DNA from: Halarcobacter sp.
GTDB lineage: Bacteria > Campylobacterota > Campylobacteria > Campylobacterales > Arcobacteraceae
Length of the DNA: 64,000 bases
Assembly (NCBI GenBank): GCA_963676565.1
Contig: OY781089.1
Location: 3,168,001 to 3,232,000 of the forward strand
Reading direction: 5' to 3'
Below the pieces are notes generated by a model. That model was not told where the DNA came from. It did no database searches and worked only from the letters and a program-made list of their open reading frames with translations. The position numbers were made by a program, and so were the translations under genes. Positions 45,643-54,938 of the stretch are shown in pieces. Positions within the stretch are counted from its first letter, which is position 1. Each line of letters starts with the position of its first letter.

Positions 45643-47004
45643 CTATCTTGGTAAATTAAGTCCCCCTGGACCACCTTGACCTTGCATTTGATTAAGCATG
45701 TTTTGCATACCTTTCATTCCACCTTTAGTTGAAAGTTTTTTAGCCATTTTAGAAGCATTTTTAAACTGCTTAAGTATTTTATTAATTTGAACCTCTGAAA
45801 GCCCAGAACCTTTAGCAATTCTTTTCTTTCTACTTGGATTCATTAAGTTTGGAGTTTCTCTTTCTTTTGGCGTCATAGAACTAATTAAAGCTTTGATATT
45901 TTTAATCTCATCTGAGTTTTCTAAGTCCATATCTTTTAGTTGACTTGACATACCCGAAAGGCCAGGAATCATTCCAATAATAGATTTCATAGAACCTAAT
46001 TTGCTCATCATTGATAATTGATCTAAAAAGTCATTAAAGTTAAATTCACCCTTTTTAATCTTTTTAGTTACAGCTTTTGCTTTTTTCTCATCAATTACTG
46101 CAGAAGTTTTTTCTGCAAGACCTTCAATATCCCCTGCACCCATAAGTCTAGAAACAATTCTATCAGGAATAAATACTTCAAGGTCTGGCATCTTTTCACC
46201 AATACCAATAAATCTTAATGGAACTCCAACTTGATGAGCAATTGAAATAGCAACCCCACCTTTTGTATCACCATCATATTTAGATAAAATTACTCCATCA
46301 ATACCAATTTTTTCTTTAAAGGTTGTTGCAGTTTTAGTCGCATCATGACCTGTTAAAGAATCAGCAACATAAAAAATTTCATCTGGTTTCACTTCGTTTC
46401 TAACATTTTCTAATTGAAGCATTAATTCATCATCAATAGCAAGTCGTCCAGCTGTATCTATTAAAAGAACATCATACAATTCTTTAGTAGCTTTTTCTTT
46501 TGCAGCAAGGGCAATTTTTACAGGATCTTTTTCTTCATCATCATAATAAATATCAACTTCTATTTGAGCAGCAATTTGTTTTAACTGTTCAACAGCAGCT
46601 AATCTTTGTAAATCGGCAGCTGCAACTAAAACTTTTTTCTTTCTAAGTTTTAAATAGTTTGCTAGTTTACCAGTTGTTGTTGTTTTACCAGAACCTTGAA
46701 GTCCTGTCATTAAAATAGTTGTTGGAGGAGTACTTGAGAAAACAAAACCTTGATTTCCTTCAGTAGTTAATACATTTGTTAATTCATTTCTTAATGCTTT
46801 TAGGAATGAGTCTTGTCCTATTCCTAATCTTTTTGTTTCTAATTCAATTGCAGTTACTAATTCTTTTGTAGTTTTATGATGAACATCAGCTTTTAAAAGT
46901 GATTTTTTTAATTCTGTTATTGCTTTTTTTAATGAGGCAATATCATCTTTATGTCTAATTTTATTTACTGCATTTTTTATCGAACCGGTTATTGAATCAA
47001 ACAA
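45643..47004 (-). CDS. ffh: Signal recognition particle protein Ffh
   Basis: Motifs GLQGSGKTTT, DTAGR, DGDTKGG and a Met-rich M domain; likely start TTG at 47004 after a GGAG RBS. Confidence 0.97.
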   Translation of the reverse strand: MFDSITGSIKNAVNKIRHKDDIASLKKAITELKKSLLKADVHHKTTKELVTAIELETKRLGIGQDSFLKALRNELTNVLTTEGNQGFVFSSTPPTTILMTGLQGSGKTTTTGKLANYLKLRKKKVLVAAADLQRLAAVEQLKQIAAQIEVDIYYDDEEKDPVKIALAAKEKATKELYDVLLIDTAGRLAIDDELMLQLENVRNEVKPDEIFYVADSLTGHDATKTATTFKEKIGIDGVILSKYDGDTKGGVAISIAHQVGVPLRFIGIGEKMPDLEVFIPDRIVSRLMGAGDIEGLAEKTSAVIDEKKAKAVTKKIKKGEFNFNDFLDQLSMMSKLGSMKSIIGMIPGLSGMSSQLKDMDLENSDEIKNIKALISSMTPKERETPNLMNPSRKKRIAKGSGLSEVQINKILKQFKNASKMAKKLSTKGGMKGMQNMLNQMQGQGGPGGLNLPR

Positions 47005-47106
47005 AATTAACTCCACTATTTTTAAATTTTGTGGATAATACTCTTTTTTTTCTTTAAGTAAGTTTAAATAGGTAGTGATTTAAGTTAAATTTAATTTATG
47101 TGTATT

Positions 47107-47135
47107 TTAGAAATCCCATTTAATGGGACTTCTAA
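47107..47135. terminator. Hairpin downstream of the pseudouridine synthase gene
   Basis: Inverted repeat ttagaaatcccat-tta-atgggacttctaa (one G-U pair on the minus strand); weak U-tail. Confidence 0.5.
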
Positions 47136-47154
47136 TTTTTATGAAGCTTAAAAA

Positions 47155-47904
47155 TCAATTAAAGTCATACACTTTAAACTCTCTTGGTTCCTTTGCTTCA
47201 AAATCATAATCAAATATTTTAGTTCTTTTTGAGTGTAAAAGAACTCTATTTATATTTGCAGCTGCTTTACCATAAATAGTATCTCCAATAATTGGAAGTC
47301 CTGCATAATTTAGATGAACTCTAATTTGATGAGTTCTTCCTGTGTCAATCACAACTTTTACTTTTGATTTATTACCTTCAACTAGCATTGGATAAACAAT
47401 TGATTTAGCAGGTTTTCCTTTTTTGTCAACTTTAGACTTTGCTTGTCCTCTATCTTTTGTAGTTAAAATTGGTTTATCAATTTCTATCTCTTCAATAACT
47501 TTTCCGTCAACAATAGCAACATATTCTTTATAAACATTATTTGCTTTAAACTCTTTGATTGCTTTTTTCTGGAACTCTTCATTTTTGGCAAAAAGCATTA
47601 CTCCACTTGTTTCTTTATCAAGTCTATTTAACATAATAAAGTCAGGAAATTTACGTGCAACTTCATCACTTGTCATAAAACAAGGTTTGTCTAAAGCTAA
47701 TATATCATCATCTTGAAATATCACTTTAATGGGAGCTAACTCTTTTACTGAAAACTTCATATCAGTTGGTACGTCAGCTCTAGCAATAACAACTTTTCTT
47801 CCCATTGCTCTTACTAAACCTTTATCAATTAACTCTTTTGCCTTTGAATTTGAGATTCCCTCTTGCTTTGCTAATACTTTGTATGCCTTGTCGTATTCAG
47901 CCAT
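47155..47904 (-). CDS. RluA/RluD-family RNA pseudouridine synthase with an S4 domain
   Basis: Catalytic motif NRLDKETSG, GRTHQIRVH, PIIGDTIYG. Confidence 0.93.
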   Translation of the reverse strand: MAEYDKAYKVLAKQEGISNSKAKELIDKGLVRAMGRKVVIARADVPTDMKFSVKELAPIKVIFQDDDILALDKPCFMTSDEVARKFPDFIMLNRLDKETSGVMLFAKNEEFQKKAIKEFKANNVYKEYVAIVDGKVIEEIEIDKPILTTKDRGQAKSKVDKKGKPAKSIVYPMLVEGNKSKVKVVIDTGRTHQIRVHLNYAGLPIIGDTIYGKAAANINRVLLHSKRTKIFDYDFEAKEPREFKVYDFN

Positions 47905-49050
47905 TTATATTCCTTTTAATTCTTCTAGAATAGGTTTTATATCACCTGTTTGTTTTAAAGAAGATTTTTCTAAATTTTCTAAATCTTCTAATGTTTCTTT
48001 TAATTCATCATTTTCTATTATTTTATAGTTTTCAACACACTCAAATAAAGAGTGTTGATTAAAAATATTTTTTCCACTAATTAGTTTACAACCAAAATAT
48101 GCAGGTTCTACTGGATTATGTCCACCAATATTTTCAAAGGCTCCACCAAGAATAACAACATCTGAAATTGAATATATGTTATTCAACTCACCTAAAGTAT
48201 CAACTAATGTAATATCACAATCAAAACTGTTGTTTTTACTAAACCTATTATACGATAAATTTTTATTTTTAAGATACTCTTTTATAAGTTTATCAACTTT
48301 TTCAAATCTTTCTGGATGTCTTGGGACAATAACTAGTTTGCCAAATTCTCTTTTATAAGAATCTAATATTAACTTCTCTTCATTTTCATGGGTACTTCCA
48401 GCAGTGATTAGAATTTCATTTGGTTTTTTATACTCTTTTGTAACCTTTGGAAGAAGTGCTAATTTTATATTTCCTATAACTTGAATATTTTTTGCACCAA
48501 GTTCCTCTAAACGTTTTTTATCGATAGTTGTTTGTGCAAAAACCTTATCCACATTTTCAAATATCCTTTTGTAAAAAAAAGAAAATCTTTTATATGAAGC
48601 GTAGGATTTATCAGAAATCCTTGCATTTATTAAAAAAGTTTTTGCCCCTTTCTTTTTTGCAAATAAAAAAAGTAAATACCAAAGTTCTGCTTCCATAACA
48701 ACTAAAGCTTTTTGCTTATTTATCCAGAAAGGAAGAAAAATTTCAAAGGGTAAGTACCTTACATTCTTTGTTAATTTTTTAGCCTCTTGGAAACCTGTAT
48801 TTGTAATAACTGAAAGATTTACTGTACTAGTAAGATTTTCAACTAATGGTTTTATTGCTTTGGTTTCACCCATTGAACAAGTGTGAAACCAAATTCCCTC
48901 TTTTTCAAATGAAGGATTATCCCTAAAAAAGAATTTTGAAGGGATTGATACTTTATACTTATCTTTTCTTGATTTAAATAATAAAAAAGGGATTGCTAAT
49001 ATATAAACTAATATTAATAATAGATAGTAGATATAAGAAAAGAGGCTCAA
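47905..49050 (-). CDS. waaA: Kdo transferase WaaA
   Basis: Motifs WFHTCSMGE, EAELW, INARIS, GSTH, VPRHPERF, GGHNPVEPA. Confidence 0.96.
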   Translation of the reverse strand: MSLFSYIYYLLLILVYILAIPFLLFKSRKDKYKVSIPSKFFFRDNPSFEKEGIWFHTCSMGETKAIKPLVENLTSTVNLSVITNTGFQEAKKLTKNVRYLPFEIFLPFWINKQKALVVMEAELWYLLFLFAKKKGAKTFLINARISDKSYASYKRFSFFYKRIFENVDKVFAQTTIDKKRLEELGAKNIQVIGNIKLALLPKVTKEYKKPNEILITAGSTHENEEKLILDSYKREFGKLVIVPRHPERFEKVDKLIKEYLKNKNLSYNRFSKNNSFDCDITLVDTLGELNNIYSISDVVILGGAFENIGGHNPVEPAYFGCKLISGKNIFNQHSLFECVENYKIIENDELKETLEDLENLEKSSLKQTGDIKPILEELKGI

Positions 49051-49052
49051 TA

Positions 49053-49772
49053 TTAAGCCTCTTCAGTTTCTTCTTCTTTGTATAGAATTCTTCCACAATG
49101 AGGACAGTTGATAATCTCTTCTGATTTAATTACCTCAGAATAAGTCTTATCATTAATTTTCATAAAACATCCATAACAAGCTTGGTCTTTTACAGGAACT
49201 ACTGCTGTATCTTTAGCCCATCTTCTAATTTTCTCATAGAAAGTTAAAATTTTCTTATCAAATTTTTCTAATAATTGACCTCTTTCTTGAGATACAGTAT
49301 TTCTTTCTTGGTTAATCTCTTCAATAGCATTATCAACTGCAATTTGAATCTCTTTAATTGATTCTTCCTCTTCAGTTAATTTCTCTTGAAGTTCTTTTAA
49401 CTCTTCCTCTTTTGCAGCAGCAATCTCATCTAATCTAATAATCTCTTCATTTGCAAATGAAACTTGCTCTTTAGCAATCTCTTCTTCAAGTTGTAAAGCT
49501 TTTAATTCTTTTTCATTTGATACTTCATTATTCTTTTTAGAAATATCTTCTAACTTAGTTTTTAATTCTGCTAAGTGAATATTGTTTTTAGTTCTTTTTG
49601 ATTTTACATCATCAATTTGTGCATATGTATCATTTATTTGTGATTTAATAGACTCTGCTACTTCAACAAATGTAGATAATTTTGCTTTCTCATTCTCTAT
49701 CTTTGGCTCAAACATACTAATAGCAATGTCATATTTTGATAGTTTTACCAAATCTTCTAGATATTTATTCAA
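49053..49772 (-). CDS. Coiled-coil / C4 zinc-ribbon protein (HP0958/CT398-like)
   Basis: Long coiled coil followed by CYGC...CPHCGRILY; conserved Nif3-zinc ribbon-waaA synteny. Confidence 0.9.
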   Translation of the reverse strand: MNKYLEDLVKLSKYDIAISMFEPKIENEKAKLSTFVEVAESIKSQINDTYAQIDDVKSKRTKNNIHLAELKTKLEDISKKNNEVSNEKELKALQLEEEIAKEQVSFANEEIIRLDEIAAAKEEELKELQEKLTEEEESIKEIQIAVDNAIEEINQERNTVSQERGQLLEKFDKKILTFYEKIRRWAKDTAVVPVKDQACYGCFMKINDKTYSEVIKSEEIINCPHCGRILYKEEETEEA

Positions 49773-50535
49773 CCGTTTCTCCTTGTGTACAAAACTTAAA
49801 TGGATTTTTCGAACCTGTTATTATAGCTTGTAATTTATTTTTTTTCAAATAGTCTTCAATTAATCCCATCATTAAGGGACTAAAATGTCTTTCACTTTCA
49901 TAGTGTCTTATATCAATTAATGATATACCTCTTGCCTTCGCTTCCATAGCGTCATGATATTTAATATCTCCAGTTAGAAAACAATCTGCATCAACAGAAG
50001 ATATTAAAGACATACCAGCACCTGTTATAAGTGCAACTTTTTCAACTTTTTCATTACATTTTACATATTTGATATACTCTAAACCTAATCTTTTAGAAAC
50101 ATCATTGGCGAAACTTGAAAAAGTATCATTTACCTTTGCATAACAAATATAACCCTCACTATCAATTACATCAAGACCTAAAATCTCACTTGCAACATAT
50201 TTATTTAAATGAGTAGTGTCTATATTTGTGTGCATCGATATAAGTGCAATATTTTTTTGAATCAAAATTTTTAGTAATTTAGTACTATAAGAATCATAAT
50301 TTACTTTTTTTAAAGGTGAAAAGATTAATGGATGATGAGTAATTACTAAAGAGTTTTCATCCATCTGATTTAGATTCTCTTCATCTAAATCAATTGAAAT
50401 ATAAACCTTTGATATCTCATCTTCTAAACTTCCAACCAATAATCCTGAATTATCCCACTTTTCTTGTAACTCAAAGGGAGATAATTCATCTAAAAAATTA
50501 TAAATCTCTTTTAGTTTCAAACTATTTTCTTCCAA
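49765..50535 (-). CDS. Nif3-like dinuclear metal centre protein
   Basis: Motifs [34 protein letters not shown]; true start probably ~50520. Confidence 0.93.
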   Translation of the reverse strand: MEENSLKLKEIYNFLDELSPFELQEKWDNSGLLVGSLEDEISKVYISIDLDEENLNQMDENSLVITHHPLIFSPLKKVNYDSYSTKLLKILIQKNIALISMHTNIDTTHLNKYVASEILGLDVIDSEGYICYAKVNDTFSSFANDVSKRLGLEYIKYVKCNEKVEKVALITGAGMSLISSVDADCFLTGDIKYHDAMEAKARGISLIDIRHYESERHFSPLMMGLIEDYLKKNKLQAIITGSKNPFKFCTQGETVE

Positions 50536-51406
50536 TTCTTTTTAATCTATCTTCTTCTTGTTCTTTGTATAAAACTGCACACCCTTGAGCTAATTCTCGC
50601 ACTTTTAAAATATAGTTTTGTCTTTCAGTAACTGAAATAGCTTTTCTAGCATCAAGTGTATTAAATGCATGTGAAGCAATCATACATTGGTCATATGCAG
50701 GAAGAGGTAAACCTTTTTCTAAACAAACTTTACATTCATTAAAGGCATCATCAAAATGTCTAAATAGCATCTCAGTATTAGCTACTTCGAAGTTATATGT
50801 TGAGAACTCATACTCACTCTCTTTGTGAACATCTGCATAAGTAGTAATTCCATGGTCGTTTTTATTCCAAACTATATCAAATACAGAATCTACACCTTGT
50901 AAATACATTGCTAGTCTTTCAGTTCCATATGTAATCTCAACTGCAACAGGATCACAAGGAAGACCACCAACTTGTTGGAAATAAGTAAATTGAGTTACTT
51001 CCATACCATCAAGCCAAACTTCCCATCCTAATCCCCAAGCACCAAGTGTTGGAGATTCCCAGTTGTCTTCAACAAATCTAATATCATGTTTTGAAAGATC
51101 TAATCCTAAAAACTCTAAAGATTGTAAATATAAATCTTGGATATTGTCTGGACTTGGTTTAATTAAAGTTTGAAATTGATAATAAGCCCCTAGTCTGTTT
51201 GGGTTTTCACCATATCTACCATCAGTTGGTCTTCTACTTGGTGCTACATAAGCAGTTGACCAAGGAGTTGAATCTAAACTTCTTAAAATAGTTGCAGGGT
51301 GAAAAGTCCCAGCTCCAGCTGGAATATCGTAAGGTTGAACAATATTACACCCTTGACTTGCCCAAAATTGTTGTAATTTTAATAGAATTTCTGAAAAAGT
51401 AACCAT
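50522..51406 (-). CDS. glyQ: Glycine-tRNA ligase alpha subunit
   Basis: Motifs [34 protein letters not shown]. Confidence 0.98.
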   Translation of the reverse strand: MVTFSEILLKLQQFWASQGCNIVQPYDIPAGAGTFHPATILRSLDSTPWSTAYVAPSRRPTDGRYGENPNRLGAYYQFQTLIKPSPDNIQDLYLQSLEFLGLDLSKHDIRFVEDNWESPTLGAWGLGWEVWLDGMEVTQFTYFQQVGGLPCDPVAVEITYGTERLAMYLQGVDSVFDIVWNKNDHGITTYADVHKESEYEFSTYNFEVANTEMLFRHFDDAFNECKVCLEKGLPLPAYDQCMIASHAFNTLDARKAISVTERQNYILKVRELAQGCAVLYKEQEEDRLKRIGRK

Positions 51407-51640
51407 CTATTTAATCCCTAATGCTTTATTTATTTTATTTTTATCAAAACCACAAATCCATGTATTTTCTATCAAAACAACAGGTGCTCCACTGCAACCA
51501 TGTTTTTTACAATCATTTAAAGCTTTTTTGTTTGTGGAAAGATCAATTAAATTGTATCTGATCTTTTTTGCCTTGAAATAAGCCTTTGCCTCATTGCACC
51601 ATTTACATTTTGGTAAAGTAAAAAGTGCAACTTGCTTCAT
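51407..51640 (-). CDS. Glutaredoxin/NrdH-like protein
   Basis: CKWC active site, GAPVVLI cis-Pro motif, GF; 77 aa. Confidence 0.88.
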   Translation of the reverse strand: MKQVALFTLPKCKWCNEAKAYFKAKKIRYNLIDLSTNKKALNDCKKHGCSGAPVVLIENTWICGFDKNKINKALGIK

Positions 51641-52134
51641 TAAAGAATTACTTCAATTGTAGCTGAGTCACTCTCAACTTTTTTAGCTTGAACAATTCTG
51701 TCCTCTTTTAGTTTTACTGCTAATTCTTTATCACTTATTGATAAAATTTGCATTGCAAAGTATGCAGCGTTAACTGCACCACTTCTTCCAAGGGCAACAG
51801 TACCAACAGGCATCCCAGCAGGCATTTGAACAGTTGAAAGCATAGCATCCATACCATCCATAGCTCCACCTTTCATTGGAACACCAATTACAGGTTTAGT
51901 TGTAGTCGCAGCTATAGCACCAGCCAAGTGAGCAGCCATACCAGCAGCAGCTATAAATGCAACAGCACCTTTTTCTTCTGCTTCCTTAATATAGTTTTTT
52001 GTTCTTTCTGGGCTTCTATGAGCTGAAGAGATAATAATTTCATATTTTACATCAAACTTTTCTAAAGTATCAGCACAGTGTTTCATAATTTCATAATCAG
52101 ATTTACTACCCATTATGATAGATACAAAATTCAT
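51640..52134 (-). CDS. purE: N5-carboxyaminoimidazole ribonucleotide mutase
   Basis: Motifs MGSKSD, SAHRSP, AGMAAHL, VQMPAG. Confidence 0.97.
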   Translation of the reverse strand: MNFVSIIMGSKSDYEIMKHCADTLEKFDVKYEIIISSAHRSPERTKNYIKEAEEKGAVAFIAAAGMAAHLAGAIAATTTKPVIGVPMKGGAMDGMDAMLSTVQMPAGMPVGTVALGRSGAVNAAYFAMQILSISDKELAVKLKEDRIVQAKKVESDSATIEVIL

Positions 52135-52173
52135 TGATTTTCCTTAAATATTCTTAAAATGGGTAATATTATA

Positions 52174-53481
52174 TCAAAAAGTTTCTAACAGTTTAATAAT
52201 CTGTGATGATTTAAGCTTATTCCACCCTGTAAACTTGTATAAAACCAAGGAATCATTTTCAAAAATAAATTTACTGAAATTTTTTGATTCATCTTCTATA
52301 TACAAAGCTTTAGAGTTTGAATAGATATTAGAGTTTTCACTCTCCTTTGCGTTTGTAAATAAAACAACAGTTGGTATAAAAAAAGCCTCTGCAATATGGT
52401 ATGTTGAAGTGTCAACAGTAACAACTTTTGACATATTAGCAACAATATATGAGAAATCTAAAAAGTTTTGAGAAGAAGCTGATAAATCAACATATCTATC
52501 ATCATCAATCTTTGAGTCGATTTTAATTGTTGAAACAATGGTATATTCAGGTAATTCTTCAATCAAATCTTTTAAAATACGTACGGCTATCTCTTTTGGT
52601 ATTGATTTACTTAAATTTGCTGAATAAGGATGAAAAAGTATTGTTTCACCTTTAAGCTTTAATCTATTTATTTTCTCTTTTAATTCATTTTTTGCTTTAT
52701 ATGACCCAATATTTATAGTGTTAAATTTTTCCTTTTCATCAACTTTTCTATAGTCTATTCCAAGTTTATATAAAAAGGCATCGATTTTTGACAGATGTTT
52801 AAAATAACTTCTATTTGTTACTGAACTAAAATCTACAAAGAAATCATAGGCACAAAAAGATTTTACATCAACAGAAAGAGGATTAACGCTATTGATAAAA
52901 TCTTGATTAGAAAAAATCATTTTATCCCTAGAGTAAAATTTATTTTCTGAAGCATTCAAGTATATATCAAGTTTCACACTTTTGAATTTTTTTATCAGTT
53001 TTTCGTAAAAGATTCTTAATGAAGTACATCCACAAATCATTTCTGACATCGATAATCCAACATTTCCTAATATCATAATAGAAATATCTTTTTTTAGTGT
53101 TCCTTCTAATTGTTTATTTAAATCAACACTATCTTCATTTAGGTATGTTGATTTTATTTCATCTTCATTTATCTCTGCTTTATTTAAATTTTTATACGAA
53201 TAATCATATTTTTGAGTTAAAAAATGTTCATTTAAATTTGTAACCCCTAATTCCCTAGGAAATTGACTTAAATACCTTATTTTAGTTTCATCTATAACTC
53301 TAGCTTTATATTTAGCTCCAACATTTAAAAAAACTTTTTTTATATCTTCAAAGTCTTCAAATGTTGTTATATAAACAGTTTCATTAAAAAGATTAGATGG
53401 TCCCTTTAGTTTAGAATATTTAACTAAGGTACCATCAGTTGTTTTTATATTTATATTTTCAGTAACTCTAAATATAACCAT
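52174..53481 (-). CDS. Glycosyltransferase family 9 (heptosyltransferase)-like protein
   Basis: C-terminal GT9 signature VVTVDTSTYHIAEAFFIPTVVLF and ILFHP..A...K; divergent N-terminus. Confidence 0.7.
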   Translation of the reverse strand: MVIFRVTENINIKTTDGTLVKYSKLKGPSNLFNETVYITTFEDFEDIKKVFLNVGAKYKARVIDETKIRYLSQFPRELGVTNLNEHFLTQKYDYSYKNLNKAEINEDEIKSTYLNEDSVDLNKQLEGTLKKDISIMILGNVGLSMSEMICGCTSLRIFYEKLIKKFKSVKLDIYLNASENKFYSRDKMIFSNQDFINSVNPLSVDVKSFCAYDFFVDFSSVTNRSYFKHLSKIDAFLYKLGIDYRKVDEKEKFNTINIGSYKAKNELKEKINRLKLKGETILFHPYSANLSKSIPKEIAVRILKDLIEELPEYTIVSTIKIDSKIDDDRYVDLSASSQNFLDFSYIVANMSKVVTVDTSTYHIAEAFFIPTVVLFTNAKESENSNIYSNSKALYIEDESKNFSKFIFENDSLVLYKFTGWNKLKSSQIIKLLETF

Positions 53482-53483
53482 TA

Positions 53484-54815
53484 TTAATTACTACATGCAC
53501 TTTCTTCTAATATCTCTTCAGTGTTTTCAACTCTAAGCATTGTTAAATAAGGTAATTTCCCTGGTAATTGGATTTTATTTGTATTTCCACTATGAACTGA
53601 TTCAAGTTCTTTTCCAGTTTCTGTTAAAATCTTTTTAAATGAAATATAGTATTTACCATTATCTTTTTTGTAGATTTTTCCTATCTCATTTTCACACTCT
53701 TCAATTTGAGAATTCAATGGGGCAAAAATCTCTGTCTCTTCATTTGGATAAGTTTTATATTTACACATAAAATGTTTCTCATCTGAAGTTACTAAACCAC
53801 TAACTTCATAGCTACCTTTACTTAATGCATACTCGTGGTTTTGTGTATTAGTTCTATCAAAAGGCCTATGTACTAAATATGCATCAGTAAACCCTCTATT
53901 CTTTGTTGTAGCTAATTCTTCTTGGTATTTATCTGCTTCAAATTTCCCAGCTTCATAATCATCAATTGCTTTTCTATATGCGTATGCTGTTACTGCCGCA
54001 TAATATGGAGATTTTGTTCTACCTTCAATTTTAATAGAATCAACTGCTCCACTTTCTAAAATCTCATCAACATGAGATGCTAAATTCATATCTTTTGCAT
54101 TAAAGATGTAAGTTCCTACACCTGGTTCTTCTTCAAGTCTAAATAAAGTACTATGGTCTTCATTTGCTGCGTATAAAGTATATTCAAATCTACAATCGTT
54201 GGCACAACTTCCTCTATTTGGAACTCTTCCCATTTGTACAGCAGACACTAAGCATCTACCACTATAAGCAAAACACATAGAACCATGAACAAAAATCTCA
54301 ATCTCCATATCAGGTAGATGTTGTTTAATCTCTTTTACATCTTTTAAAGATATTTCACGTGCAGCAATAATTCTTCTAACACCCATATCCCAAAATACTT
54401 GGGCATCTAAATAGTTTAATACATTTGCTTGTGTTGATAGATGAATTGGTATTTGAGGAGCTAGTTCTCTACAAAGTTTTACAACTCCAGGAGCTGCTAC
54501 AATAAATGCATCTGGTTCTAATTCTGCCATTTTAATAATATGTTTTTTTAATAAATCTATTTGAGAGTTAAAAGGGAAACCATTAATTGTCGCATAAACT
54601 TGCTTACCTCTAGCATGGGCATAATCAATACCCTCTTTAAAAGTTTCAAAGTTAAACTCTTTTCCACTTCTAATTCTTAAACTAAAGTGGCTTACACCAC
54701 CATAAACTGCATCGGCACCATAGGCAAAGGCAATTTTTAATTTTTCCAAATTACCTGCAGGGGAAAGCAGTTCTACTTTATTATTTTTATCCATCATATT
54801 CCTTTGTGTTTCCAA
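53484..54815 (-). CDS. Peptidase U32 family protein (TrhP-like tRNA hydroxylation)
   Basis: Motifs ELLSPAG, YGADAVY, HLSTQAN, FVHGSMC..YSGRC, NRGSCANDCR, KIEGR; real start probably ~54797. Confidence 0.92.
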   Translation of the reverse strand: METQRNMMDKNNKVELLSPAGNLEKLKIAFAYGADAVYGGVSHFSLRIRSGKEFNFETFKEGIDYAHARGKQVYATINGFPFNSQIDLLKKHIIKMAELEPDAFIVAAPGVVKLCRELAPQIPIHLSTQANVLNYLDAQVFWDMGVRRIIAAREISLKDVKEIKQHLPDMEIEIFVHGSMCFAYSGRCLVSAVQMGRVPNRGSCANDCRFEYTLYAANEDHSTLFRLEEEPGVGTYIFNAKDMNLASHVDEILESGAVDSIKIEGRTKSPYYAAVTAYAYRKAIDDYEAGKFEADKYQEELATTKNRGFTDAYLVHRPFDRTNTQNHEYALSKGSYEVSGLVTSDEKHFMCKYKTYPNEETEIFAPLNSQIEECENEIGKIYKKDNGKYYISFKKILTETGKELESVHSGNTNKIQLPGKLPYLTMLRVENTEEILEESACSN

Positions 54816-54916
54816 GACACTGTTTTTAAAACGTGATTATATCAAAAATTTCTATAGTTTAAAGTTTAAAAAAAATTAGTTAGATTTTATAAGATTTTAC
54901 TTATGAAGATGAAGAA

Positions 54917-54938
54917 GGAAAGCTTTTAAAAGCTTTCC
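54917..54938. terminator. 22-bp perfect palindrome overlapping the MCP stop codon (probable terminator)
   Basis: ggaaagcttttaaaagctttcc, extendable by gatgaa/ttcatc. Confidence 0.6.
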
